DNA of 64,000 nt, taken from contig CAWBGA010000017.1 of NCBI GenBank assembly GCA_963788195.1, positions 64,001 through 128,000 of the forward strand, given 5' to 3'. Positions 19,025 through 29,918 of this stretch are shown here, in pieces (position 1 is the first letter of the stretch; the number at the start of each line of letters is the position of its first letter). Under the pieces are notes generated by a model that saw nothing but the letters and a program-made list of their open reading frames with translations, had not been told where the DNA came from and did no database searches. The stretch is from Nitrospirota bacterium (GTDB lineage: Bacteria > Nitrospirota > Nitrospiria > Nitrospirales > NS-4). A program made the position numbers and the translations under genes.

Positions 19025-19912
19025 CTATTTCCCCTTCTGCTCCGCCTTCGGTTTCTGGTCGGGCGTCTGCTCGGGCTTCTTTCCTTCTTTCTTTTCTTTT
19101 GCCTTGTCTTGTTCGAGCGCGTGCAAGACTGCTTCCGCCTTTGCCAGCGATGTCTCCGTACGCTTGAGGATGTCTTCGGGCTTTACCGGTTTCACCGGCT
19201 TGGCGACCTCACTCTTGTAATCCTCAGATGGGTGCGGGGTGGTCACGGGTAACACGGTCCAGAAGAAAATGGTGAACAGGACGATGACCGCTGCAAAGGA
19301 GATAAACATCAGCCCCTGGTCCCGCGGGACTCGAGAGTAATCCCACTGTCGGACCCGCTCGACAAAGGGCTCCGCCGTCGAGCGCCCCGTCGATTCGACA
19401 GTCGCCTTAATGCGCCATCCATAAACCTGCAGCGCGACTAACGCGAGGACAATCAGAGCGACAAGCGGCGGAATACTCCACAGCAGAACGTCCAGCGTGA
19501 TCTGCTCAGCAATCGGAAATTCCGGAAATACTTTCTTGATCCCGGCGACGATGGCGTCGTCCATCTGCTTGGCGATCGACGCCGCGGCCCCGACGACATA
19601 ATACGCGGCGGCAAGAAACGCGCCTCCGATGATTGCACCCTGCCACCAGAGTTTAACCCCGATCGGGCCCTCCAATTCCATACTATACCGCTCAAGAAAG
19701 TACGTCCGCGCGGTGAGTCGCAAAGCCCAAATATCAATCGGGATGGAGATGACAAGTAAGGCTGCTAAGCCGGCGCCTTCCCATGGATGCACCTGCATGG
19801 CGAGAAGCAAAACCACGACAATCAACTTGAAAGGTAACCCGGTCCAGAAGGCCGACCAGCAGACGTCCCAGGCGACTTTAATGGATGATACTGTGTCGAG
19901 GGTCCCGCTCAT
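19025..19912 (-). CDS. Conserved membrane protein in the respiratory cluster
   Basis: About 5 TM helices and a charged tail; tightly packed in the operon. Confidence 0.7.
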   Translation of the reverse strand: MSGTLDTVSSIKVAWDVCWSAFWTGLPFKLIVVVLLLAMQVHPWEGAGLAALLVISIPIDIWALRLTARTYFLERYSMELEGPIGVKLWWQGAIIGGAFLAAAYYVVGAAASIAKQMDDAIVAGIKKVFPEFPIAEQITLDVLLWSIPPLVALIVLALVALQVYGWRIKATVESTGRSTAEPFVERVRQWDYSRVPRDQGLMFISFAAVIVLFTIFFWTVLPVTTPHPSEDYKSEVAKPVKPVKPEDILKRTETSLAKAEAVLHALEQDKAKEKKEGKKPEQTPDQKPKAEQKGK

Positions 19913-19924
19913 GCTATCTTCCCG

Positions 19925-21010
19925 CTAATCGAGAAACTCTCGGTTCAGGATCGCCGATACCGTCAGCACCAGAATGCCGATCATCACCACCGCCCACGAA
20001 ACCAGCGCGATGGGTCGTTTGAAAATGTTTCGCTCAGGGCTGCGATCGATGAACGGCAACGCTGCCAGCAGAAGCATAAACAGTCCCGGAAGCGCGATGG
20101 CGCCCAAAAACTGCCCAAACTCTCCCGCGAAGATCTTCCAGCGAAGCACTTGGAACAGGAAGAGAAAATACCATTCCGGTTCCGGATGGTAATCCCCGGG
20201 GTCGGGCGTCGCCTCCTGCAATAATTGAACAGGTTCAATCATCGCCAACGCCGAGATTGCTAAGAAGACCGCTGCCATAGCGATGATGTCTTTCCACACC
20301 TGTCGTGGGAAGAAAAAGTCCGTCTTCGCCTTGAGCTCTTCGGGCGTTCCGCGAAACGGCCCGGCTGGCCCCGCCGATCGGAAGAGAAAGAGATGCAGCC
20401 CGGCCAGCCCCATTAAAGCTGCCGGTAGGATCATGACATGGATGACAAAGAAGCGGCTCAATGTCATCTGCCCAGGCGTGGGCCCTCCTTTTAGAAATCG
20501 CGCGAGAAAGTCTCCCACGATGGGGGTCTTATCCATGATCTCGACTCCCACCGTCGTGGCCCAATAGGCGCGCTGATCCCACGGCAAGAGATAGCCGGTG
20601 AAGCCGAACCCCATGACCAGTCCGAAGAGGGCGAGACCGACGAGCCAGACCATCTCGCGGGGCTTCTTGTAAGCCCCCCACAGAAAGACCTGGGACATGT
20701 GCGCAAATACCACCACGACCATCGCCGAAGAGCCCCAGAAGTGGTAGCTCAAAATGAACCAGCCGTAGTCAACTTCATGCAGAATGTACTGGGTGCTGGC
20801 ATAGGCATGGTCGGCGCTGGGGATGTAATAGAACATCAGCAGGATGCCGGTCACAGCCTGCATGATAAAGATGAAGAGCAACACCGAACCGAACACATAT
20901 GCCCACCGGGAACCGCCCTTGATCGGCTCATTCATCAACTTCGTCTCGAGCGTCTTCAGACCGATCCGCTCATCCACGAAGTCGTAGACTTTTTGACCCA
21001 TCGCGTTCAT
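19925..21010 (-). CDS. qcrB: Cytochrome b of a Rieske/cytochrome b complex
   Basis: SYHFW and AHMSQ His ligands, GYLLPWDQRAYW, FFVIH...LH, PEWY motif. Confidence 0.92.
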   Translation of the reverse strand: MNAMGQKVYDFVDERIGLKTLETKLMNEPIKGGSRWAYVFGSVLLFIFIMQAVTGILLMFYYIPSADHAYASTQYILHEVDYGWFILSYHFWGSSAMVVVVFAHMSQVFLWGAYKKPREMVWLVGLALFGLVMGFGFTGYLLPWDQRAYWATTVGVEIMDKTPIVGDFLARFLKGGPTPGQMTLSRFFVIHVMILPAALMGLAGLHLFLFRSAGPAGPFRGTPEELKAKTDFFFPRQVWKDIIAMAAVFLAISALAMIEPVQLLQEATPDPGDYHPEPEWYFLFLFQVLRWKIFAGEFGQFLGAIALPGLFMLLLAALPFIDRSPERNIFKRPIALVSWAVVMIGILVLTVSAILNREFLD

Positions 21011-21954
21011 TAGGCGATCCGTACCTGTTCGTGCTTGCCCGCCTTGTACTCAATATCGATGACTTCAATGTCCCCCGCAGGCGACACCTTAATGGGGAGT
21101 ACATCAAGCGGTCGCGGCGCCGGGCCATCAAGAACCTTTCCGGCCACGTCATAAAGACTCAGGTGACAGGGACACAGGAACACCTGCCCGCGTGTTTTGT
21201 GAGAGCGCCACTTATACCCGCAGCCCAGATGCGGACACTTGCCGGAATAGGCGACGTAAGGCACCGTCGCTTTATTCACCCAGACGACATTGCCCGCGTT
21301 ATCGTAGAAGCTGACGTCTCCGTGCGGGTAGACGTTCTTCAGAACATCGGGACTAGCCTTGACCACCCAGTTGCTCTTATCGTCCTCGCGGGTCAGCACT
21401 GAATCCTTCACACTTTTCTTGAACATGAACTGCACACCGACGTTCTCTTGTTTAATCTTGCTGACGTTGCCCACTTTCCACCATCGGTTGTCGTACGGCG
21501 CATACATGGGTTTCATGACATAGCTCAACGCCGGCCAAATCAACGGGAGGCCGATAAGGACGCCCATCAGATTTGTGAATCCTGCAAAAAACCTGCGCCG
21601 GGGAACGCTTTTTTCAAGATTGGGGATGGGAACGAAGACCTGGCCGGTCTCCACGTGGATCGTCTCTTCGAGATGCGGAATCTCCACTTCTTTGGAACTG
21701 AGATAATTCTCGCGGGCGAATACCGGGTATTCCGCGAGCTGAGCGCAACTACAATGCAGATCGACCGCCTCGTGCTCCGTCTTGGCGACCACCGTCATGG
21801 GAACCTGCCGCTCGGTGCCGTTCACCATTATGACAAGGTGGCTGACGGTAAGAGAGAGCGGGTCCGCGATAACATGAGCCACCTCTCCCCCGACTCCGTC
21901 GATACAGCGAACCTTGGACTTTATTTGAGGTTGCATCTGTTTTCCCGAACTCAC
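21010..21954 (-). CDS. qcrA: Rieske 2Fe-2S subunit with N-terminal PRC-barrel-like domain
   Basis: CPHLGC and CPCH Rieske boxes, GPAPRPL, internal RRRFF Tat-like motif plus TM. Confidence 0.9.
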   Translation of the reverse strand: MSSGKQMQPQIKSKVRCIDGVGGEVAHVIADPLSLTVSHLVIMVNGTERQVPMTVVAKTEHEAVDLHCSCAQLAEYPVFARENYLSSKEVEIPHLEETIHVETGQVFVPIPNLEKSVPRRRFFAGFTNLMGVLIGLPLIWPALSYVMKPMYAPYDNRWWKVGNVSKIKQENVGVQFMFKKSVKDSVLTREDDKSNWVVKASPDVLKNVYPHGDVSFYDNAGNVVWVNKATVPYVAYSGKCPHLGCGYKWRSHKTRGQVFLCPCHLSLYDVAGKVLDGPAPRPLDVLPIKVSPAGDIEVIDIEYKAGKHEQVRIA

Positions 21955-22036
21955 TTCCCAACATCCCTTCTCGCGGGCGCGGTAATGATAATCCGCCTCA
22001 ACCTTGCTACGGAAACGAGCAGGACAGCAGGCCTGT

Positions 22037-22861
22037 TCATTTCTTGATCGACTTCGGCGTCTCGACCGACGAATTCTTTAGAGTTGCGAGATAGGCGACA
22101 AGATAGTCGACCTCCTGGTCAGACATTAATTCCTTGTACTTGTCCGGCATCAGCTTCTTGTTATATTCCTTCTCGAAACCCTCCGCCATGTAGGACCGCG
22201 GATTGAGAAGCTTCTCTTTCAGCTCCTCGGGTTTCATGATATTGCCGATGTTATCGAGATGCGGGCCTCGCTTCTTCAGACCGCCCTTGCCCCCCACCTT
22301 ATGGCAGTTGTAACACTCCTGCAGGTCGTACTGCTCCAATCCAAGCGCTACGACATCCCCGGCGGCTGGTTTCGGGCGCCCCGGCTCTTCGCCTTTCACC
22401 GATGCTTCAATATCCTTGACCTGCGCGCCGCCCAGCGTCTCCAACCGCTTCAAGATAGCCTGGCTCTGCGCATTGAGTTCGTCGGTCCGTTTCAGGAGGT
22501 CCGCGACCCTGCCCTTCTCCGTTGCCGCCAGTTTCGGTTTTACAATCTTGTCGATCTTCCCTTTCTCCACCTGCGGATCATATTGGGGCAACACGTAGGC
22601 ACCGGCGATAAACACTCCCGAGATCACTGCATAAAACACGACGAGCGCGATGAGCGCCTTCATTCCGCCCAGGGGCGGAAGCGGCGGCGCATCCAATAGG
22701 ATGTAAACCAAAGTTCCAAGGAAAGCGTAGAACACGAACATGATCTGAAATACCGGCGGAAAGTGCAGCAGACGGGCGGCAATATACACGACCGACGCGA
22801 CAACGACTCCCACAGCCGTGCGGGAGATCACCAGCCCCGTCAGGCTCCTCGTGCTCGGCAT
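22037..22861 (-). CDS. Membrane-bound cytochrome c
   Basis: Three TMs, coiled-coil linker, CYNCH, GPHLD, LMP axial Met. Confidence 0.87.
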   Translation of the reverse strand: MPSTRSLTGLVISRTAVGVVVASVVYIAARLLHFPPVFQIMFVFYAFLGTLVYILLDAPPLPPLGGMKALIALVVFYAVISGVFIAGAYVLPQYDPQVEKGKIDKIVKPKLAATEKGRVADLLKRTDELNAQSQAILKRLETLGGAQVKDIEASVKGEEPGRPKPAAGDVVALGLEQYDLQECYNCHKVGGKGGLKKRGPHLDNIGNIMKPEELKEKLLNPRSYMAEGFEKEYNKKLMPDKYKELMSDQEVDYLVAYLATLKNSSVETPKSIKK

Positions 22862-22864
22862 ACG

Positions 22865-24655
22865 CTATTCCGTTCCAGCAATCAGTGATACGGTCTTCGG
22901 AGCAGCGGCATGGGCCTTCTCTTTGCCGGTTTTCAGGGTCAGGATAATAGCGAAGCTGACAACGAGATAAAACGCCACGGTGATGCCGGTGATCATCCAA
23001 CTTGAATAGGCCAACGTCGGCGTGAAAGATTCGTTGGTAAAATCATACTGAAGGTTGAAGACATGGAAGTATTTTCTCGTCAATTCCCGGACGACCCCCA
23101 TGAGCCCCATCGTCCAGATGGCGCTGAACGCCAAAAATACGAGCACAAATTGAGAGATGAAATCGATCTTTCCCCACACGATCCTTCCCCGGCGCAAAGC
23201 CCGATTGTACAGAATGTAATTCACAACGGTGACAAAAACGAGCGTGAATGCCGCAGCGTTCTTAGCGGGCATCAGCGCCAGCATGTCCCACGAGACCGTT
23301 ACGAAACCCAGACTCAGTTCACCGTGGGGAAGACTGAGCGAGCCATCGTCCGGGGCCAGTGCCTGCGTGGCCACAAAGGCGTGGGGGGTCATCCAAATCG
23401 CGTTGCCGATAATCACCATGAGGAAGGCGACCTTTACCATTGTCTGCGAGGACACCGTCCAGGGAGTTATCTTTGCGATTACGAGCCACACGGCGACGTA
23501 GGCAGCGGGCGCGATCAATGACATGATGTCGGGGATCGGCCACTTGGTCCACATCAGCATGAAGACGAACGGCACGGTGATCATTAGCAACATCGTGGCC
23601 ACCGACATGCGTACCCGTTCGAGGCCTTCGATCCGCTTCATACTGAGCCAGATGTAGTAATTACTGGCCAGAAAGATCAGCCCCACCATCGCACCCTGCA
23701 TCTCAAAGAACATCGACAGCTGATCGGACATCATGTACGGACAGATCGAAGCATCATAATCACAAAGTTCATAGGCCAGAAGGTATCCGGCGAAGGGCAG
23801 GAGCAGCAACGCCCCGACGCCGATCATATTACCCACAAAACCAAACCAGTCGTAGAAGGCTCGTTCTTCATCGGTTTTAGAGGCCAGGTACATGTAGGCT
23901 GCGATTAGTCCGGCAATGAACCCGCCGAAGACTACATTGCCGACGGTTCGATGGATGTTCAGGGGCCACCAACTGTAGTTGTTCATCTTGTCCCACAGTG
24001 TCGCGGTGGTCTCGATATAGGTCCTGAGATCGAGCCCTTCGGCAGCCGACTTCACGGGCGTATTCATAAATGACGTGGGGCCGTCGATTACAAAGAGGGT
24101 CACGATCCCAACGATATTCAGCAGCACCCCCAGCGCGATATGACGCATCTTTTTGGGGCCTTGCAACGTGTCCCAGGTATACCAGTACAGGTAGAGGATG
24201 ATGGTCTCGGCGATGAACAACAGAGGATAGATGATCGCAAACACGGTGAAGAAGTGATTGACCAGCCAGATCGTGAACTGCCCGTACGTTGCGAGCAGCA
24301 CAAAAATGAAAAGTCCCCCCGTCAGGGCCGTCATACTATAAAGGATGACGGTGACCTTGGTGACCTCCTTGGCTAAACGCTCGTAGCGCCCGTCCCCACC
24401 CTTCCATCCCAGAATCTCACTGACCACGATGAAGATCGGGGCGCCGAGGATGAAGGCCGCAAAGAGAATATGCAACTGGGCGACAACCCAGACCGCCGCC
24501 CGGTTGCCGCCCAGGGGAAAACTATGCGCCTTGGGTTCCGGCAACTGAGCAGACACGGCTGCCGCCCCCAGCAACAGAAAACCCACGGCCATGAGAACCG
24601 TTCGCGAAATGCCGGTGGATGGCTTTCGTTCGGAAGGCGTTCGCCCTATCTTCAT
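22865..24655 (-). CDS. Second cytochrome bd-like oxidase CydA-like subunit
   Basis: Paralogous to 17209-19023 (AQLHIL, YLYWY.WD, NIHRT, WMTPH). Confidence 0.85.
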   Translation of the reverse strand: MKIGRTPSERKPSTGISRTVLMAVGFLLLGAAAVSAQLPEPKAHSFPLGGNRAAVWVVAQLHILFAAFILGAPIFIVVSEILGWKGGDGRYERLAKEVTKVTVILYSMTALTGGLFIFVLLATYGQFTIWLVNHFFTVFAIIYPLLFIAETIILYLYWYTWDTLQGPKKMRHIALGVLLNIVGIVTLFVIDGPTSFMNTPVKSAAEGLDLRTYIETTATLWDKMNNYSWWPLNIHRTVGNVVFGGFIAGLIAAYMYLASKTDEERAFYDWFGFVGNMIGVGALLLLPFAGYLLAYELCDYDASICPYMMSDQLSMFFEMQGAMVGLIFLASNYYIWLSMKRIEGLERVRMSVATMLLMITVPFVFMLMWTKWPIPDIMSLIAPAAYVAVWLVIAKITPWTVSSQTMVKVAFLMVIIGNAIWMTPHAFVATQALAPDDGSLSLPHGELSLGFVTVSWDMLALMPAKNAAAFTLVFVTVVNYILYNRALRRGRIVWGKIDFISQFVLVFLAFSAIWTMGLMGVVRELTRKYFHVFNLQYDFTNESFTPTLAYSSWMITGITVAFYLVVSFAIILTLKTGKEKAHAAAPKTVSLIAGTE

Positions 24656-24679
24656 GGTCGCCGCTCCCTCATCACAAAG

Positions 24680-25276
24680 TTACTTGCCGTTCTTCTTAGG
24701 CTCGGAAGGCTTGGGCGCGGGCTCTCCTGCCACCGGTTTGGGTTCACCCGGGGCCGGACCGGACGCGCCGGCTGGAGCAGCTTTGCCGATCTGATCGGCC
24801 TGGACCCATTGCTGTGTCCCCGGGTCCCATCCCAGACCCTTCAAGCCGAAGGTATGTTCGTAGGCCGCGACTTTCCACCGGTCTTCTTCGCTCAACTTGC
24901 TCTTCCAGGCCTTCATCTTGGTGTTGGGCACCCCTTCGGAAACCCGCCAGAGCCACACGCTATCCGAATAGAGCTTCATGCGCTCGGTCTTGCGAAAATC
25001 GCGAGCGCCGGCCTTGACCGGCTTGCCATCCTTGCCATGACACGAGGAACAATTCACGTCGATGTTCTTCACGCCTTCGAAGATCTCTTTGCCTTCGGCG
25101 AGGATCTTTTCGTCGGTCCACCACCCGGCCGGCATGTGTTTGTTCGCGTATTCGGCCGGTGCAGGCGGCGGCGGCGCGGTGCTTTCCTGTTCTTCTGCGC
25201 ATCCCGTCAGCAACACTCCCCCCGCTCCAATCAGCATGCAGAGCGTTATGACCTCGATATTAGATTTGATGTTCAT
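24680..25276 (-). CDS. Cytochrome c lipoprotein
   Basis: Lipobox LTGC; CSSCH; Pro/Ala-rich tail. Confidence 0.88.
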   Translation of the reverse strand: MNIKSNIEVITLCMLIGAGGVLLTGCAEEQESTAPPPPAPAEYANKHMPAGWWTDEKILAEGKEIFEGVKNIDVNCSSCHGKDGKPVKAGARDFRKTERMKLYSDSVWLWRVSEGVPNTKMKAWKSKLSEEDRWKVAAYEHTFGLKGLGWDPGTQQWVQADQIGKAAPAGASGPAPGEPKPVAGEPAPKPSEPKKNGK

Positions 25277-25321
25277 GAAATTCTGAGCTCCTTTTGAAGA
25301 CGCCGGTCTGTCTGAATACAG

Positions 25322-25882
25322 TCATGCTTTGGATCGCTTCTTTCCTCGCCGTTTAGCTCGATTCCCCTTCTTCCTTAGTCGCCACCAGACCATCGCCGCA
25401 ATCGCGGCAACGAGGCCCGTCCCGACAATGATATATCGCCGGAAGCTGTCGGCTTTCCGGGGGCCCCCTTCCGGGACAAGTCCGATATGCACCGTCGCCT
25501 GCCGTTCAGTCGTGAGATCAGTGGCGCTGTATGTCGCCCGCACCGTCTTCGCCTCTTCAAATCCAAGCTTCTCCTGAATGGCCGTGACCTGGACAGGATC
25601 CCCGGCATTGTCGTTATGCAGATGGAGGACGGCCTTATAGTATCCAGCCCCGTCGGTGTAGGTGGTGACGCCTTCAACCTTTTGGTCGCGCAGGTCTCGC
25701 ACATGCACTCGAGCATCTTTAACCGGTTTGCCCTGCTTGTCATAGACGTAACCGGATACCGTGAACCGGTGATCCGTTTCGTGCATGGCAAAGGCCATCC
25801 ACGGAGCACCAATGCCGAGGGTGAGAAGTCCGGTAAGACTTACAAAGACCGCCGCGAATTTTCGGAGCGGTCTTGGGTGCAT
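25322..25882 (-). CDS. Secreted, membrane-anchored protein with carboxypeptidase-regulatory-like beta-sandwich
   Basis: Signal peptide; VSGYVYDKQGKPV...TDGAGYY; C-terminal TM and basic tail. Confidence 0.7.
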   Translation of the reverse strand: MHPRPLRKFAAVFVSLTGLLTLGIGAPWMAFAMHETDHRFTVSGYVYDKQGKPVKDARVHVRDLRDQKVEGVTTYTDGAGYYKAVLHLHNDNAGDPVQVTAIQEKLGFEEAKTVRATYSATDLTTERQATVHIGLVPEGGPRKADSFRRYIIVGTGLVAAIAAMVWWRLRKKGNRAKRRGKKRSKA

Positions 25883-26018
25883 TACCGTCCAACAAACCGA
25901 AAAACGCCGCCAAAGTTCGGCCTATCTAACATAGGCTCTGACCTTTGTCAATTAATTCTTCGGCTTTTGCGTGACTTGCGGATTGACACATATGCGTGGG
26001 TCATCTAGCCTCAACCCG

Positions 26019-26810
26019 GTGAAGAAAATCAAACGAAAAGCTGCCCGCCAGGAACTTAAGATTCCGACATTTTTGATAGGCTATGCCGCTCCCGAGGCGC
26101 TTCCGCCTGCTTTTCTCGCGGCCTGGTTTACGGAAGAGTATGGCGGACCCCTGCAGATCAATCTGTTGCCGGGCGAGAGCGATACGACCTTTGAAGCCCG
26201 TCATGGTCCCTGGGCAGCATTGGCAGACACCAACATGCCGTCTGAGATTGCCAATCCATGGCATGAGCGCCTTGGATGGGGTCACAGCCGGGCCGCCCAG
26301 GTTCTTCCAATTCGATCCACCAGTCGCGACAGTCGGGATATTATTCTTCATGTGACGCGCTTGGCTAGAGGTCTCACGATGCTCACAGGTGGCACTGCGC
26401 ATGATATCGCGACAGGGACGTATCTGAATCCGTCGGACTGGAGCAATTTTTCTTTAGGCGCCTTTCAGATCAACGACCACCTTCGGATCGAAGAAGTCAG
26501 CGGCCGTGAGGACAGCCGAGTCTGGTTCCACACGCGAGGCCTCGCAAAGTTCGGTCTCGAAGACATCGAGATCTACCGTCCGGTTGGACTTTCCGAGAGG
26601 CCGGTGATTGAGATCATGACGGAGATCGCCGAGAGTCTGATTGACCTGGGAAAGGCGCCGAACGTCGGGGAAACCCTGATCTTGAACACCGGTCAATCGG
26701 TTCGTATCATCCGCCATAGGACCGACCAGTCGTATGGTATTCGGTTGAACCTAAGGGAAATCGCGTGGGACGAAGAATCGACGCCCAGCTCCCGCGTTCA
26801 TCAGGGCTGA
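26019..26810 (+). CDS. Conserved hypothetical protein (DUF4261-like C-terminus)
   Basis: WFHTRGLAKFGLEDIE motif; TTGACA at 25983 upstream. Confidence 0.6.
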   Translation: MKKIKRKAARQELKIPTFLIGYAAPEALPPAFLAAWFTEEYGGPLQINLLPGESDTTFEARHGPWAALADTNMPSEIANPWHERLGWGHSRAAQVLPIRSTSRDSRDIILHVTRLARGLTMLTGGTAHDIATGTYLNPSDWSNFSLGAFQINDHLRIEEVSGREDSRVWFHTRGLAKFGLEDIEIYRPVGLSERPVIEIMTEIAESLIDLGKAPNVGETLILNTGQSVRIIRHRTDQSYGIRLNLREIAWDEESTPSSRVHQG

Positions 26811-29694
26811 GGATCCCGCGGCACCCTGACCGGCAGATTCACAGAGAACGTGGTGCCCTTGCCGACCTCGCTCTTCACTTCGATATATCCCCCGTGGGCC
26901 ACGATGATCCGCTGAGAGATGGGAAGGCCAAGCCCCGTGCCCTCCCGCTCTTTGCTCTCGTGTTTGGTCGTAAAGAATGGAACAAAGATTTTCTCCAGTG
27001 TATCCGCCGTTACGCCGCACCCTGAATCCGTGACCTCGATCTGGACCCATACGCCATCCGATTTCACCAAACGACGGGTCTTCGTGATCAACTGGCCGCC
27101 TCCGAGGGCCTCCATCGCATCGAGGGCGTTAATATTGAGGTTCGTCAGAACTTGGCGCATTTGCTGGCTATCGATCCACACGTTCGGCAGCCCCCCCGCC
27201 AACTCCGTGATGAGTGTGACTCCCTGGGTTTGGGCCCTGAACTCGATTGCACGCAGCGAGGAAGCAACCACGTCATTGAGGCTCTCCTTTTTGCGCTGCG
27301 GTTCATGGAGACGTGCGAACCCCAACACCTCTCCAGAGAGTCGCTCGATGCGGGCAGAATCATTCATCACGATCTTTCGAAATCCCTCCATGAATTCCGA
27401 ATCATCCTTCCGGAGGGGCACGAGTTCCAGGAACGTATTAATGGACACAAGCGGATTGCGAATCTCATGCGCAAACCCCCCGGCAATGGTCTCGAATGCG
27501 TGCGCGCGCTCATCGTGCTTTTCGCGGCGCTGTTCCTTTTTCTCCTGTTCATGGAAGGCCGCATTCGAAAAGGCGCTCGCGGCGCTCGCCGCGAGAATTG
27601 ACAGATTCTTCAGGTCATCTAGCGTGAACATGGCCCGATTAGGCTTTGGTCCCAGATTCACGAATCCCATCAGGCGGCCTTGATTTTGAAGGGGGAGACA
27701 CAGTTCGCATTCAAGTTGCTCAAGCGTTCTTATAATCCCTTTGCTGAAGGCGCCGAGCTTTTTGCCTCTGTTCTCGAGTTCCTCTTTTAGAATCGCCTGA
27801 CCCATCTCTTGGAGGTACTGGGGCAAGAGATGGTTCGACGTAACGATGACCTCTCTGAGGGCTGATTCATCAACGCCATGCGCCGCCTTGAGAATATATT
27901 CATCCTTCTCCTTGTCTAACAGAAACAAGGAAATTTTTGTGCTGCCCAACGCCCGCGCAAGAATGGCAATCGTCCTCTCCGTCAACGCCTTGAGATCCAA
28001 GATGCTTCTCATGGCGGTGCTGAAATCATTGAGAGCGTCGTATGCATTATGTTGCTGGGGAAATAACGCCTTTCCAACGACCTCTTCCATTCCTTTCCTG
28101 ATATTGACAACCACCTCGGCCAAGGCCGCAAGAATGGCCAGGAGCACTCCGGCCAGAACATAATACGGAGTACCCGTAAAGGCCCATACGACACCGAGGA
28201 TCACAAAGTACGATGGAATGAGAGCCAACGCTTGGGTGTATGACAGTACCTCGGTTCCAGGTCTCCAAGAACCCTCCCTAGGTTGATATGCCACCATGGC
28301 ATACATCCCAAGGCTGATCCACAGACCGACAAAGACGAACCCTATTGGATAGAATTGCGCGCCATAAGCTTGAGCGAAATCGACTGCGGCGAGTAATCCG
28401 ATCGCGAAGGCCCAGAACATATATTTGAGCCTTGCAGCCTCCAATAGACTCACGGCCTCCATGGTTTTAAAGCCGCGATACAGTTGCAGCAGCGAGGTAT
28501 CCATACACAATCAGAAGGTATCCAAGGAAGAGCGGGTGAATCGGGCCGGCTTTCGGATAAATACCCCACTCGTGCACATAACTGCCGCTGGTGAGGTAGT
28601 CTGTGGGAATCAAAATCAGGAATGCAGTGCTGATTGCGTAATTTGTGAAAATTCTTGACTCGGCAGAACGTCCCAATAACCTCACGCAGAAATGGTACAA
28701 AAGAGCCGGGATGAAAACGACCCCGGTATAGGCCATTTTCCCCCAAATAACAGCCTCAGCTTCTTGTCGAGCGGAAAACACCATGAACATGCTGAACAGC
28801 CATGCGCAGACGCCCGCACACAGCAGCGCAAAAGGGAAGTTCACGGCGTTGCGCGGGTTCTTGAGCGCGATCCAGAGGCCACAGCAGAAGACCACCGACG
28901 CGGCGAGCAATGGGGGGATTGCATAGGCCGTAGCCCGCTTACTGATCGCAACGGCAAGGAAGACGGGGCCCAGCACGGCTCCAAGCAGGAGAGCATAGGT
29001 AAGTCCTTTGTGCAGTACGACGGTGATGTCCATCAGCCGGTAGCGGGCGATGGCATACGTGGTAATGATCGGATACGCCATGATCCCGAAGTTTCCATAT
29101 GGATACAGATCGATCTGAAAGATTGGCAAGTAGTCGAGCGAGCCTGTGCCGTACGCTAAGGCGAATCCTATAAAGAAATACTTGAATTGATTTCGCTTTA
29201 TTCCAGAAGCGTCGCGATACAGCCTAAAGACTTGGTAATGGGCATAGATAACGAGCCATAGCCACCAGCAAAAATACACAGAAAATAAATGGGATCCCGG
29301 GAGAGCATAGTAAAAGGATGAAAAAACTAATCGGACGTCCCCAAAAAATAGTGATGAGAAAAGGATAAGCGGGAAAAATACTGATTCCGATTATGTAATT
29401 AACGAGAAGGAGCTTCTTTTGCGGTATCTCACAAAAAATGGTGACAAAGTGATAAAAGAAAATGGGTATCCAGACCACCCCGAACGCGAAAGCCACCCGC
29501 CAAGCTAGAAGTGCTCTATCCGGATCGTCTTCCAGGGCTATCCACATTCCCCCAAAGCCCCAGCTTGCGACAGAGGCAGTAAACAGAAACCAGATTCGAT
29601 ACAACGGGCTTGTCCGGTCCCTTGAGAGAACAAACAGTCCCATTGCAAGGGAGCTGACACCAGTCAACAGTCCAGATAGCGCAAACGCGTTCAT
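26801..29694 (-). CDS. Sensor histidine kinase with two tandem N-terminal 7TM modules, GAF, HisKA and HATPase domains (apparent indels near 29370 and 28515)
   Basis: Three overlapping ORFs in successive frames; H-box FAHEIRNPL, N-box NLNINALDA, DSGCG, PFFTTK, GTGLGL; two homologous hydrophobic blocks. Confidence 0.82.
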
Positions 29695-29918
29695 GCGTAC
29701 GGGAGCGCTCCCGAAATAGCAGATTCCCAGGATATATCAGATAGGATCGTGGCTGGAGCAGGCAATCTTACGCTGAGGAGACACATGAAGCCTTGCAAGA
29801 AATAATAGAACGATGTCGCGCGATCGGGCTGCGAGATGTACGAGCGTCGGACATTCAATAGCGCACGCGTGATAAGGGGGGGAGCGGTTCTACGACGTTC
29901 CTCCCCTACAGCATCAGG

